DNA of 64,000 nucleotides from Camelus ferus (Eukaryota): positions 74,586,001-74,650,000 of the forward strand of contig NC_045699.1 of assembly GCF_009834535.1 (NCBI RefSeq). The letters run 5' to 3'. The notes under the pieces were generated by a model. The model was not told the origin of the DNA and did not search any database. It saw only the letters and a program-made list of their open reading frames with translations. Made by a program: the position numbers and the translations under genes. Position 1 is the stretch's first letter, and each line of letters starts with the position of its first letter. Of this stretch, positions 31,583 through 43,381 are shown piece by piece.

Positions 31583-33865
31583 TGTGAGAATGAGTCAGCC
31601 CTGAACCCGTGAGAGACCTGGGGTGGGGGTGGGGGTCACAGCAGACCCCGGGGGGGAGCTGGCGGCGCGCCTGGTGCCTGCCTTCCAGGGCAGCGACCTC
31701 TCCTATGTCACCATCTTCCTGTGCACCTACCGAGCCTTCACCACCACGCAGCAGGTCCTGGACCTGCTCTTCAAAAGGTGAGCCCCCGCCCGCCTCCTGG
31801 CCGTGTGACTTGGGAGCGCCACTTCAGCCTCGCCGAGGCTCCGTTTGCGCCTGTGAAGGCCGGGCTGCCCAGAGGCCCGGCCGCACGGGGCTGGCAGGAC
31901 ATCGGGTGAGCGTGCACGGCGCGACCCTGTGCCCGGCCCTGCGGGAAGGGCTGCCGGGGCACGTGCGGTTCTTCCTGAGGGTTTCCTCTCCCCCGCAAAG
32001 AAGCCCCCGCCCTTAGGCAGGGCTGTCTTCCCGTTTGTGAAGGAGGTTCCGGGTTCCGTCGCGGGGCGGGGGCCCTCCCAGAGCAGGGGTCACTGGGCGC
32101 TGGCTGAGCCCACTCAGATAGCTGTAAGGGGCCGACTCGGGGCTACACACGGGGCCCCCACTGTGCGCAGGCGCTGTTTCAGGCCTTTGGCGTAAGTCAG
32201 TGACTGGGGCAGATGGAAACCCCTGCCCTCCCGGGGTTCCACCCTGGTCGGGGGGTCAGCCAGTAACACCGGACGTCACAGCAGGTACGGTAGATGTGAC
32301 GCCCTCACGGCCTCCTCTAGATACGGATGCATCCTCCCGTACTCCGACCAGGACGGCGGGCCCCAGGACCAGCTGAGAAAGTGAGTAGGCTTTGGGTCTG
32401 ATGGAGGGGCCTCCTGTCTCCAAGATGGGGACTTTGTGGGGCTGAGGCTGCGGAGGGGCTGGGCAGGGCTGAGGTCTGGGGGCCTCTCCTGCGGGAGGAA
32501 AGGAGTCAGGGAGCTGTGGCTGGGGTCCTGAGTCCCCAGGGAGAAGAGGGGAGGCTGGGGGCTCAGAGCCGCCCCCTGAGAACATCCATCCCCTCCCAGA
32601 TCTGGGGCCCAGGACAGGAGATGTGAGGGGCGAGCTGCTCACACGTCGGCCTCGTGCCCCAGTGTGAGTGCTCGGCTGGGGCTCACGAGAGCTCAGTCGG
32701 GGCTCGGGGGCCGGCCGTGTTCCCAATCCCGAGAAAAGTGTCACTGGGGTAATGAGGCTGACACGCGGTGCGGAGACAAAGGCAGCCCTTCGGGGCTGAG
32801 CTGCAGGCTCAGGTGCGCGAGGCCCAGGAGAGCCAGGCAGGGGCCACGCTCTGCTCGTCCCCTCCTCCCTCACACACTCATGCAGCACCTGCCGTGTGCC
32901 GGCCAGGCCAGTGTGATGGAGTAGACGTGACCCTCCCTGCCCTCCTGCAGTTTCCCACTCCAGTGAGGAGGGCCTGGGGTCGGACAGGAGTGAGTCAGGT
33001 TCCCTGAGAAAGGGAGAGGTGGTCACCACGGATGGAAGGCTCCCTCCCACGGAGACTGCCCGCCCCACCTGCTGACCAGGCTGCCCCTGTCTGGGTGGGC
33101 TGGGGCGGGGCTGGCCTCCGGATGGGCAGGGATGGGCCCCAACACCCAGCCGCCTTGGAGGTGCCATGGGAGGGCAGTGCAGAAAGAAAGCCCAGGCCTC
33201 TGACTCTGTCGTGCCCCGTCCCCCACCACTGCCTACCCCCAGTGCCATCTCCTCCATCCTGGGTACCTGGCTGGACCAGCACTCAGAGGCCTTCTGTCAG
33301 CCACCGGACTTCCCCTGCCTCAAGCAGCCGGTGGCCTACATGCAGCTCAACATGCCTGGCTCTGACCTGGAGCACCGCGCCCAGCTTCTCCTGGCCCAGC
33401 TGGAGCATGCTGACCTCACCGAGACAGAGCCAGAGGGTGAGGAGATCCCGGGGAGGGGGGTTGAGCACGTGGGGAGGGGCCCCAGAGGCCGCTGCTGGGC
33501 AGTAGCAGAGGCGGGCCTCAGACCACTGGCGTGCTGGACCACAGGCGGGGAAGTCGCCCTGTGCCGGATTCTCGTGCCAAGGCTCCTGTAAAAGGCGGCA
33601 GGACGTTTTCTGTCTTTGGAAAGGCACCATTTGGAAGGCGGGCATGTCCATCTCCTCTGTGGCTTCACCGCTGTCTCAGCGTCTCATGATGGCTCCAGCA
33701 CCAGCTCCGGGACCATCTGAAGATCTGGACCAGCCACAGAAGCACCAGCAGAACTGAAGCCAGAACCAGAGCCAGAGGCATCTCCATCAACAGGTGCGCC
33801 AGGGTGGGAGCCAACAGCACTGTCAGTCCCATCAGCACCTCTGCGGCTGGAGCCCGGCGCGGCGG
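31583..33865 (+). pseudogene. unprocessed, truncated RALGDS duplicate (REM-domain exons): 31583-31777, 32285/32321-32380, 33243-33436, degenerate Pro/Ala/Glu-rich exon at about 33690-33865
   Basis: Translations CENESALNP*ET, LVPAFQGSDLSYVTIFLCTYRAFTTTQQVLDLLFKR, YGRCDALTASSRYGCILPYSDQDGGPQDQLRN and AISSILGTWLDQHSEAFCQPPDFPCLKQPVAYMQLNMPGSDLEHRAQLLLAQLEH closely match recalled RALGDS. Introns are retained with GT-AG. There is a TGA at 31610-31612, a +1 frameshift before 31671 and no AG at the expected first acceptor. No CDC25 or RA-domain exons were found. Confidence 0.88.
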
Positions 33866-34019
33866 GGACAAGGCCCCGTGGGAGGCCACCCTCAACTCGC
33901 TGCCCCAGGACGTCCCTTCCCTCTCTTGTTTCTGTTTTTGTTTTTAATTTTACTTTCCCCTTTCATGTTATTTGTGATGCTTTTTATCTTATGTCTTAAT
34001 ACAATCAAGCTTAACTTTT

Positions 34020-34275
34020 TAACTTTATATTGAGCACTTGAGGAGCGCGTAGTCCACTCACGTGACCTTCAGGCCTGTCTCAGAGCCGACCGCCTCACTC
34101 CCCAGAAGGAAGCGCTGGACGGAAAGCCGTCGCCCCCCGGCCCTCCCTCCCCCGCCCCCCACACCCCCTAACCTGCTTTCTGTCTCTGTGTCTTTCCCTG
34201 TTCTGGATGTTTCCATAAACGGAATCGTGCAACACGCAGCTTTTTGTGTGTCTATTTTGAGAGAATAGTTCACTT
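34020..34275 (-). mobile_element. LINE-1 3' fragment
   Basis: The minus strand reads TQKAACCTIPFMETSRTGKDTETESRL, typical of old L1M 3' ends. Confidence 0.65.
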
Positions 34276-34849
34276 TTGTTTTTTTTTTATACCTGAAATA
34301 GCACTTCTGTTACATGAAGGGGAAATCCCGATGGAGTAAAGGTGGAATGCACAGAGTGAAGTCCTTTCGGCAAACACGTGCACAGTCTCAGGGCAGAGAC
34401 CCCGTTCTAAGTGTGACAGCAGCTCCCGATGACAGAAGGGACACGCCCGGCTCCTCCCGGGCCGAACAAAACCGCGAGAAACGCGGAGAGAGCGGGTGAG
34501 GCCGCACCCAGACCTGAGCTGCGCTCCTCACGCCCAGCAGAGAGAGGGCGGACCCCCCTGCGGGCCCCGAACTCTCCAAAGTCAGTGCTTTTAAAACATG
34601 CAATTCCAACGAGAGGCCGCACACGTGGTCAGTACGTGTCAGAGACGCTTGACCTCACTGATGGGGACACGCAGACGTAACCACTGTGGAGACAGCACCG
34701 GCCACCGTCACACTGGCAGGTTCCTCGTCTGGAGGTGACCAGCCCTGGGGACGACGTGAGGGGCAGAGGCCCCCCGGGCCCCCCAGAGGGAGGTGTGGAG
34801 GACACGCCTCTCTGGGAGAACCGTGTGCATGCTGCGGCGCTAAGCCTAG

Positions 34850-35200
34850 GCTCACCCACAGGAGTTCTTGCACAGGGTTTTGAGATGTATTTTCAAGTGA
34901 CCCATCACAGCGTTGGCCGAAATGGCAGGGACCTGGAAACAACTCTAGTGTCCATGGAGGGGGACGGGGTCCATCAGTCCTGGTCCACGCGGACGGGCGG
35001 TGCTATGCAGCTGCCCCAGTGGGTGTGCGGGTCTCCGTGCTGACAGGGGAGATCCAAGGGGTCCTTTTTCATGAGATACGTGTGGACAACCATCTGCATC
35101 CAGGAGCTCGTCTGTAAGACTACATGTATCTCATGTCAACATGCAGACACGTGTATATGTAAATGAATCTGCATCTCAGACAGACAGACAGAGACAGAAT
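34850..35200 (+). mobile_element. old LINE-1 (L1M) fragment
   Basis: CATCACAGCGTTGGCCGAAATGGCAGGGACCTGGAAACAACTCTAGTGTCCAT resembles the L1 ORF2-end/3' UTR. Confidence 0.45.
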
Positions 35201-35299
35201 GAAACCAACAGAGCCAGAGGGAGACACACCGAACCGCTCACGACGGTTGTCCTGGGGTGGGACTCGGATCTCTCCTCCTTTAGGTGATGTGAGATTTTT

Positions 35300-35480
35300 T
35301 GTACGTGTGTTTGTGTGCATGTGTGTGTGCATGTGTTTCTGTGTGACACGTGTGTGCATGTGTGCCTTCCCGTGTGTATGCAGGAGCGTACACGCGTCTT
35401 GTGCAGATGTGTGCAACATGCATGTCTGTGTAACATGCCTGAATGTGCATGTGCACATGTGTGTGTGTCTGTGCATGGTC
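35300..35480. repeat. degenerate (TG)n/TGTGCA simple repeat
   Basis: TGTGTGTGCATGTG... arrays. Confidence 0.8.
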
Positions 35481-36059
35481 GGGGGAGATTCCAGAACATT
35501 CCCCCGGCTACACAGTTCTTACTCCAGTGGTGGGTGGTCCCATCCCCACCAGACCCAGAACCTTCTCTGAGCCCTCCAGCCTGGACTTGCAGCCCCTCTG
35601 CTGGGGATGCATCACCGTGTGGTCACGACAAAGCTCGGGCCCCCTTCTCGGGGGTCTTCCCGCTGCTCCTGAGGGGTCAGCCACGCTGTTTGTCCCCTTT
35701 AATGGCTCCTCACACACCAGTGACACTCGTGTGGCAGGAGGGAACATCTGCTCCATGGAATTAGCCTGGCACGTGCCCCGCCCACCGAGAGGCCCTCGGA
35801 GTCACCGTCTCGCTGGTCCCTGGCAGCGCTGCGCGCGGTGCCCTTCGCGGCCGGTCCAGGCCAGACCCGTCGGTGTGTTAGACTCACGGCAGGGAGCCCT
35901 GCAGGTGCAGATGGGCTGAGGGGCGGGTCAACTCCCCTTGAGGTGGGAGACCATCCCGGATCATCCAGGCGGCCCAGAGCAGTCTCACCTGTTGGGAGGG
36001 GCAGGGGGATGGTTAGAGAGGGGGGACAGGAGGATGGGACAGGGTCAGAGTGACGCCCG

Positions 36060-36200
36060 TGGGGTGACTGCGCTGGACGCTGCTGGCCCTGACGGTGGAC
36101 AAAGGGGCCGCCAGCCCCGGGAAGGCGGTGGCCTCTAGAGGCTGAAAAAGGTGAGAAAACGGATCCTTCCCAGGGGCTCTGGAAGGGAACCAGCACGAAC
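36060..36200 (+). mobile_element. MLT1 (MaLR) LTR fragment
   Basis: GGCCTCTAGAGGCTGAAAAAGGTGAGAAAACGGATCCTTCCCAGGGGCTCTGGAAGGGAACCAGC resembles the MLT1 3' half. Confidence 0.5.
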
Positions 36201-36339
36201 TAGAAAAACAACCCTGGTCTGTGAAATGGACGGTTCGTTGGGGAGGCCGCCCTGCCGTCTGGCAGATGAGGATGCGGGGCTGGTCCGCTCGGGAGAGGCA
36301 GGAGGTGGCTCTGCACGGAGGGCCTGGTCCAGGCCCGTG

Positions 36340-36498
36340 GGAGTGTGTGTCTGTGCTTGTCTGTGTATCTGTGCGTATGTGTGCGTGTCCGTGTGTCTGT
36401 CTACGTGTGTCTGTGTGTCTCTGTGTGTGTCTGTGTGTCTGTCTGTGTGTCTCTGTGTGTCTGTGTGTCTGTGTGTCTGTGCATATGTGTGTGTGTCC
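36340..36498. repeat. (TGTGTC)n/(TG)n simple repeat running into a gap
   Basis: TGTGTCTGTGTGTCT arrays directly visible. Confidence 0.85.
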
Positions 36499-36824
36499 NN
36501 NNNNNNNNNNNNNNNNNNNNNNNNNNNNNNNNNNNNNNNNNNNNNNNNNNNNNNNNNNNNNNNNNNNNNNNNNNNNNNNNNNNNNNNNNNNNNNNNNNNN
36601 NNNNNNNNNNNNNNNNNNNNNNNNNNNNNNNNNNNNNNNNNNNNNNNNNNNNNNNNNNNNNNNNNNNNNNNNNNNNNNNNNNNNNNNNNNNNNNNNNNNN
36701 NNNNNNNNNNNNNNNNNNNNNNNNNNNNNNNNNNNNNNNNNNNNNNNNNNNNNNNNNNNNNNNNNNNNNNNNNNNNNNNNNNNNNNNNNNNNNNNNNNNN
36801 NNNNNNNNNNNNNNNNNNNNNNNN
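36499..36824. other. assembly gap (326 N)
   Basis: Run of N. Confidence 1.
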
Positions 36825-39800
36825 GTGGTGGTTCACAGTAACAGGAAGTTCTCTCACAGTTTGGAGGACAGGTGTCTACAACCAGGTGCCGTTGGGAAGT
36901 CACCCAGGGCGTGTCCTGAACCAGTGGCGTCTATGGCCGCAGCCCAGCATCTGAAGCCCTGGACACACGGCTGCCCGGGCTCTTCCTAGGGTGGGGCTGG
37001 GTGTCCCTGTGACCTCTGCCCCCTGGTTCCTGTCATCCAGTCTGACTGTCCTGGTTCCTACGAGCTGTGAGAGCCACAGGACCATGGCCCTGAACTGTAT
37101 TTCCACATAAACCCACTGGAGAGCCTTCTGGCACCTGTAGTCAGAGCCCCGGTTGGCCAGATGCTTATAAAGAACAGTTAGCCCGGCGGTGCCAGCACCG
37201 GGGTCTGTGCAGAGCCGGCGCCCAGCGTCCTAGGCTCTGTCCTCAGACAGAAGAACAAGAGACGTGACTGCCGATCGTGGAGAAAAGTTTACTGGGTGAT
37301 GAAGATAGTCTGGAATCAGATGGTGGGGGGGCCAGGACGGGGGCTGTGCCTCTCAGAGGACGGGGAGGGTTTGCGTGGGGTTTCTGAGTTTGACGTGGAG
37401 CAAAGGTGCAGTGACCGGCGTCCTTCACTGGCCACCTGGCCTGGGCAACCTCCCAGCTGTGGCCTGGGACCCCTTGATGCTGAACCCTGAAATGGTGGGT
37501 GGTGCTGCTAACTCTGCAGGGCCAGCCCCGCAGGCTGGGGGTCACCTCCATCTGCCAGGTGGACAGCAGGGCCTTGTAAGCGCTGTGGACACCAAACCAG
37601 AGACTCAGGTTCCAGATGATTCTTCCTGACAAATTCTAACCAGACCTGGGGGTCAGGTAGCTCCTCTGCACAGACAAGGTGCTCCGTCCCAGGCTGGGGA
37701 CAGAGAAAGGACACCCCGGCCACCTGACCCAGCATGTGTGCAGGAAGGAAGGGCTGGGTTTCCCACCCAGGGAACTGCCGGGACCATGATGTGGACCGAC
37801 AGGGGAGAGGCGCAGCGAGAAGGGACAGTGGCCGGGAGGCTGTGAGGCTACACCAGATCAGGGGCAGTGGTTTGACCAGCGACCTCCTTCTTCTGAGTGT
37901 CCTCTCGGGAGGAGTGGTCCCAGGGCCTGCAGTACAGCCCCCAAGGTGAGCAGAGGATACGACAGGCGGGCTGTGGCATCCATGGGGGCATCCATCCATC
38001 CTCAGAGCCCCTTCAGGAGAGACCCCACCGCTGAGCAGTGAGGAGGTCAGCGGGCCGACACCCCAGGGACAGCACCCCATGGGGGTGGGGGGCCGGTCCC
38101 ACCTCTGCCCCTGCAGGCCCACCGCGGACACCCTGGCTCCCACCTCCCCGCTGGACCAGAGGCTCTTGTGAGGGTCTCCGTGCTGTTCAGCCTCCTCCCC
38201 CCACCCCATCCTTCTCAGGCTTCACCCCCGTGCCCCCTCCATCTCCCACCCATCTCAGCAGCCGCTTCCCGGGGGACCCAACTGAGCAAGAGTTGGAGGA
38301 AACGCACCAGGAGCAGAAAGGGAGAAGCAGAAGTGCCACGTTTGCAGGGAAGTTAGCTCTGTGCGGTCAGACCCGCGGGCTCCACTTCCCACCCCTCTCT
38401 GAGTGCCTCCCCCACACTGTGCCCACGGCTGCCACTGCCGTGGGGACCTCTGACCTGGGCCTGCAGGGCTGCTCTTGCTTCGGGGCCACTCCTCGGCCTC
38501 TGCCCCAGAACCAGGCCCGGGTGGGGACAAAGCACAGTGGTCCGATGGCAGACGTGAGCCCCCACGACGCCAGCTGCCTCTGAGAGGCTGAGGTCCTCCG
38601 GGGCCTCCGGGGTCCGTCCCCTGGGAAGTGCGGGCTGTAGGATTCTGTTCAGATCACGCTGCTTCCCCGCTCATCTCAGCCCTGACCGTCCTCCCCGGAC
38701 ACGAGGGCCCTGCAGGGTCCTGGCCTCCCTGCAGCCCACGGCCCAGCCCGGAGCCCTGCACCTGGACGCCCTGCAGGCCGGGCCAGGGGTGGGGAGGTGC
38801 GGACGGCACTGGGGAGCGGGCTGCCGGGCTCGGGCTCCCAGACAGAAGAGAGCGTCTCCACGGCGGGCCCTGCTGCCCTTGGCCAGGAAGATGGACCCCA
38901 GAGTAGGCTCCTTCAAGCCCAGGCGCTGGGCGCAGAGACCCCCAGCTCCGCCCAGGCTTCTCCAGGTGGAGGGAGGCCTCCCGGGCAGATCTGAGGAGGA
39001 CTGTCTCCTGTCGGGTCCAGCACCCCCAGCCCGAGTCTTAGCCCTTGGTCGTTAAGCCCTGGCCCTGGCCAGGCACCAGCCCCTTCTTTGCACAGCCCCT
39101 CGGGGGCAGCCAGGTAGGGGGACCCACCGCTTAGGGGCAGGGCAGCACCAGGCAGACGAATGGTCCAGGGCCCGGATCCCAGGACAGGGGCCAGTGGATC
39201 AGGCCCTGCTCACCGGGTCCCCCCCCACCAGGCACCCAGTTTGATGGCCTCACGCCATTGCAGGGACAGTGGGGCCAGGAGAGTTGTCATTACAGAAAGT
39301 GGAACATATACCACCAAAGCCTGAGATGGCCGGACCCCCAGACACCCCTAGACTGGTGAGGGGCTTGCACTGCCGGGGGAGCCCCATCTGGTGTCTCCTT
39401 GTCAGGGAAGGAAGTGCCTGAGCCCCAGCATCTGCGTGCAGGGCCTGCTGTGCCCAGGAGGGGCCCGGGAAGGCTGGCCTCCCCCACTGGGGGCTGTGGG
39501 CCTGGGACTTGGGAAGTTGCCCTGACCCTGAGTGGAGGGAGCCCCCTTGTCCCCAGTCTCCAGGGAGGTTGGTCTGGGGTCACCCTCCCACCACGAGAGA
39601 GAAGACCCTGGACGCTGTTGCCTGGCTGTCAGGCAACGCATCGCCAAGCCCCAGGGTGATTTTGGGAAACTGCGGTGTTGGCGTCAGAATATGCGGGCAA
39701 GGTCACTGCTGAAGTGATTCCCTCCCCGGGGGCAGCGCCTGTGTCCAGCCAGGAGTGGGGGAAGGGGCAGGAGCAGAATCCCGCCCCAGCTGGGGTCCCC

Positions 39801-40749
39801 GTGTCCTGCTGTCCCCATCCTGGTGGGCCTGGGCCAGCCTGGCCCCTTCCTGCGTCCTCCACTGGGGGCTCCCCTCACTCCTGCCTCGGCCTCCAGCCAG
39901 CGGGGAGCCAGGGGGCCAGGCCATTCCCACCTGCACAGGTGACCCCACCTGAGGACTGGAGCTGACCCTGTCATCCTCACACCCCTCCCCCCACCCCCAG
40001 GACCAGGGAGACCCGGAGCTTCACGGGCGTCAGACCTGCAGGAACCCCCACGGGACCTCGGGCAGGGCTGCCGGCACCCACCTCTCCCCTGACTCTCATG
40101 CCTCTTGGACTGAGACAGGACCAGGGAGACCCAGGACAGCAGGGGTCCTCCCACCCTTCCACCCCGCGTCCACACCCCCTCCCGGTCCCAGCCCACCTGA
40201 GGGACCCCACAGACAAGCAGAGCCACCGAGGATGCGGAAGCTCTTTATGTGAAGCCAGGAGAAGGGGTAGGGGGCTGGGGGAGGAGGGGGAGATGGGGAC
40301 GCCGAAGGGGGCGAAGCTGCCCAGGCCCCCGGGACAGGGCTCCTTCCAGGTCCTGTGGCACAGAGGTCCTGGTGGTGCTGCCACTGGGTGCTCCCTGCCC
40401 TGGAAAGGGGTGGGGGTCATGAGCCAGGATGGCAGAGGGGGAGGGGGCTGCAGTGGAGAACCAGGTGCGGGGCTCTCGAGGGCTCAGCAGGAGGGATTTC
40501 CCACCTGCTGGGGGCGCAGCTGTGGGGATACGGCAGGGCCGACAGCCTCCCTCCTGCACCCAGCCCACGGAGTGCTCACCCAAAGCAGATCTCCCAGCCA
40601 CCCAGGCTCCCCGAGACAGCCGGGAGGCATGGCCCACGTGCAGGGGCCCCGCCTGCCTGGCCCAGGAGGGGTCTCCTGCCCCGCGGGGAGCAGGGCTGGG
40701 AGACCGACCCTGTGGCCTCTCAAGCGTCCTCTCCCGCTGCTTACTTACC

Positions 40750-43297
40750 CTAGGCTTCTGGAGAGCAGGTTTCTGCAGAAAGAGGAAACACAGTTCAGAA
40801 GAGCCAGGGAATCCGCTGGCCCAGGGCCCCTTCGCCAGCTGACACTTCACTTGACCCAGAAGGACAAGCCCGGACCAGAGGTGGGCTGTCCAGTCAGGTG
40901 TGCTCTGCTGACAGGGCCACCGGGGCAGCCGGGCAGGAGCGGGCACGGGCGTTCCTCCTACCGCTTTGCCGGGGGATGAAGACCTCCAGGTGTAGCCCCT
41001 TGGCTTCTGCGACCTTCTTGAAGTCCTCCAAGGCCCCTGCGTTGTTCTCAGGGTCCCTTCCTGTGGGGGAGACCGGGAGCCAGACGGGAGGGTGAGGGTA
41101 GTAGTGGGGGGCACCGGCATCTCCATCCCAGTCTGGAGGAGTGATGGGCCGAAGGCTGGCTTGGAGGACCCCGCACCCGTGTGGGGCTGGACCCCGGGGT
41201 CCTCGGCGGCCGGGAAGAGAGCTCGGCTGGAAAGGTCGATCCAGGAGCCTCCGGAGGGCTGGGGCGCCCTCGCAGCAGAGCTGGGAGGGGCGGGAAGTGC
41301 TCTTGGAGGACACGCCTGAGACTCTGCCTGGGAGTGAGGACCTGCCTGGCTTCAGAGGTGGCGCAACCGTCTCCGGCCCTCAGGTCCCTGCCGTCCCCCC
41401 GGACTGGCATTCACACAGCTCCTGGCCATGGGGACACTCAGGTGACCCTCTCGGGGGCCTCCCGTCTGCAGGCAGGGACGGAACTGACGCTCCAGTGCCT
41501 CTTTGAGCCTCCTCCCTGGAATTAAGCCCCAGGGGCTGGAATCCCCTTCCCACATGTGGCCCGCCTGTGACACGGTGACATTCGGATGCCTGCCCACTCG
41601 GCCTCTGCTCCTCCCGTGCGCCCCTGCCGAGATGGGACTGGGCGCCTGCATCCTGAACTGGGCGTGGGAACCAGTGCTTCCTCCCGGGGCGTCTCCTGAG
41701 GGCAGGCGGGGGGAGGGGGTGCAGGGGCTGGGACGCGGGACCCTCACCCATGAGCTTCGCCACGCGGATCTGCTTCCCGCCGAGCTCGCCTTCGCAGTAA
41801 AGGATGTAGTGGTCCTTCACCGCTGACGGTGTGATGTACACCACGCGCTTGCCCCCGTCTGGAGGGGGAGGGCCCAGCCTTGAGCAAGCCCAGGGCCCGC
41901 CGGGAGCAGGTTCTCCACCCAGGCCGTGGGGCCCCACCTCCCAGGAGAGCGCACGCCAGAGAGGTAGTCACACCCCGCCCAGCGGGTCACAGGGGGCCTT
42001 GGGGGGTGGGGGCTCCAAGAGGCTGGAGCCTGGGGAGCTCAGCTCCGCTTCTGGGCCTGACATGTGGCCGCCCTGACCTCGGGCGGGCCAGTCCCTCCTG
42101 GGACAAACCCATCAGCCTGGTACGTGGTGTCAGGTGTCCGTATCTTTAAGGCAAATCGACCAGTGGGAGGGGAGGGAGGTCATTCAATGGGGTCAGAAAG
42201 GAGGGGGGCTTCTCAGGCTCAAAGGCTGTCCTAGACGCACCCCCACCCCCCACCCCGGCTGGGGCTCTGGGACTCACAGGCCGTGTATTTGCCAGGCTCG
42301 CTGGCTCTCTCCAGGACCAGTGTCTTGTCCCGGCACTGACCGTCAATCCTGGGACAGAAGCCACACAGCGACGCTGCCTGGGGTGCGCCCACCTTGGAAC
42401 CCAGCCCAGCCCCGGCAGCGCTCCCCCACCCTCACAGGCGGCCACGGGGAGGACAGTGCATCAGCCACCCCCAGTCCAGACACCAGCTGGGCCGTCAGTG
42501 TCTCACATGGCAGCTCCGGGGGTCTCCCTTGGTGGTGGGGAGGGGCAGCCGGCAGTGCTCTTCCCATCCACAAGGTCTCACCCGGGCTCATCCCCTGCAC
42601 GGCTACTCCGGGTGAGGCAGGGCGCCCTCAAAGCTGTCCAGTGCCGAGCGTGGTGGGAGGGGCTGGGAAGGACACCTGCGTGGTCCGCCCACCCCACCCA
42701 GACGCTGGCTGTCCTGGTGTGGGGCGGGGAAGCGGGGAGGCCGGCGGCGACACTCACAGAATGGTGGCCTGGACTTCCAGGTTGCCTCCCTCCAGGACCG
42801 TAAGGTTCATGGAAGTCACCGACTCTGGTTTCTTCATGGGAATCTCCTGGTCTGCGGTCGCGGCCTTCAGATACCATTTCCCTGACACCTGGAGAAGGCT
42901 CCCTCCAGTCAGGGCTCAGGTGCCACCCCCCACTCTGCAGCCCCAGACTCTGCCCAACCCTGGGGCTGGAGCTCAGTGTGCTTTCCTGCCCCGCCCCCAG
43001 CAAATGCCCAGCATCCTCGCCAGACACCCCCAAGTGTGGGCTCCAGCCCTGCAGCTCAGCCCGGACCATGGGCCCCCTGTCTGGCTCAGGGCCCTCTGCT
43101 TCGTCTGACCGTTGCCTCAGGGGCAGGGATCAACGCCCAACCCTAAGATGCACGCCTCCGCCTCTCTCTGCACACCCCCAGCCCAGCCTGTCCCATCAGA
43201 GCCTCACGTCCTGGCCCAGCCCGCCTGAGGCCGGGGGGTCCTGGGCCTGCAGGGCAGCAACGAGGCCGAGGCTGACGGTCAGGAGCAGGGTCCTCAT
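40750..43297 (-). CDS. LCN1: Lipocalin-1 (tear lipocalin / von Ebner gland protein / Can f 1-like), 174 aa; coding exons 43208-43297, 42758-42888, 42278-42348, 41748-41858, 40962-41060, 40750-40772; non-coding last exon from about 40352
   Basis: [174 protein letters not shown]. Has a signal peptide, the GxW motif and lipocalin exon phases 0,2,1,1,1 (525 nt). Closer to LCN1 than OBP2; exact orthology among LCN1 paralogues is not resolved. Confidence 0.9.
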
Positions 43298-43381
43298 CTC
43301 CGGGGCTCTGTGCTCACGGCCACCCGACAGGTCACCTGCTGGGGCTGGGAGAGGCTATGCCGGCCCCTCACACGGCCGGCC

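Noticed and set aside
38410-38545. HTVPTAATAV...CFG...NQARVGTKH, faintly like a RALGDS CDC25 exon
   Set aside because: Similarity is far weaker than for the near-identical upstream exons, with no exon boundaries. Needs a TBLASTN hit to be taken seriously.
39290-39340. Minus-strand LWWYMFHFL after a CAG, checked as a lipocalin, ficolin or ABO/GBGT1 exon
   Set aside because: An immediate stop follows, and it matches no family motif I know.
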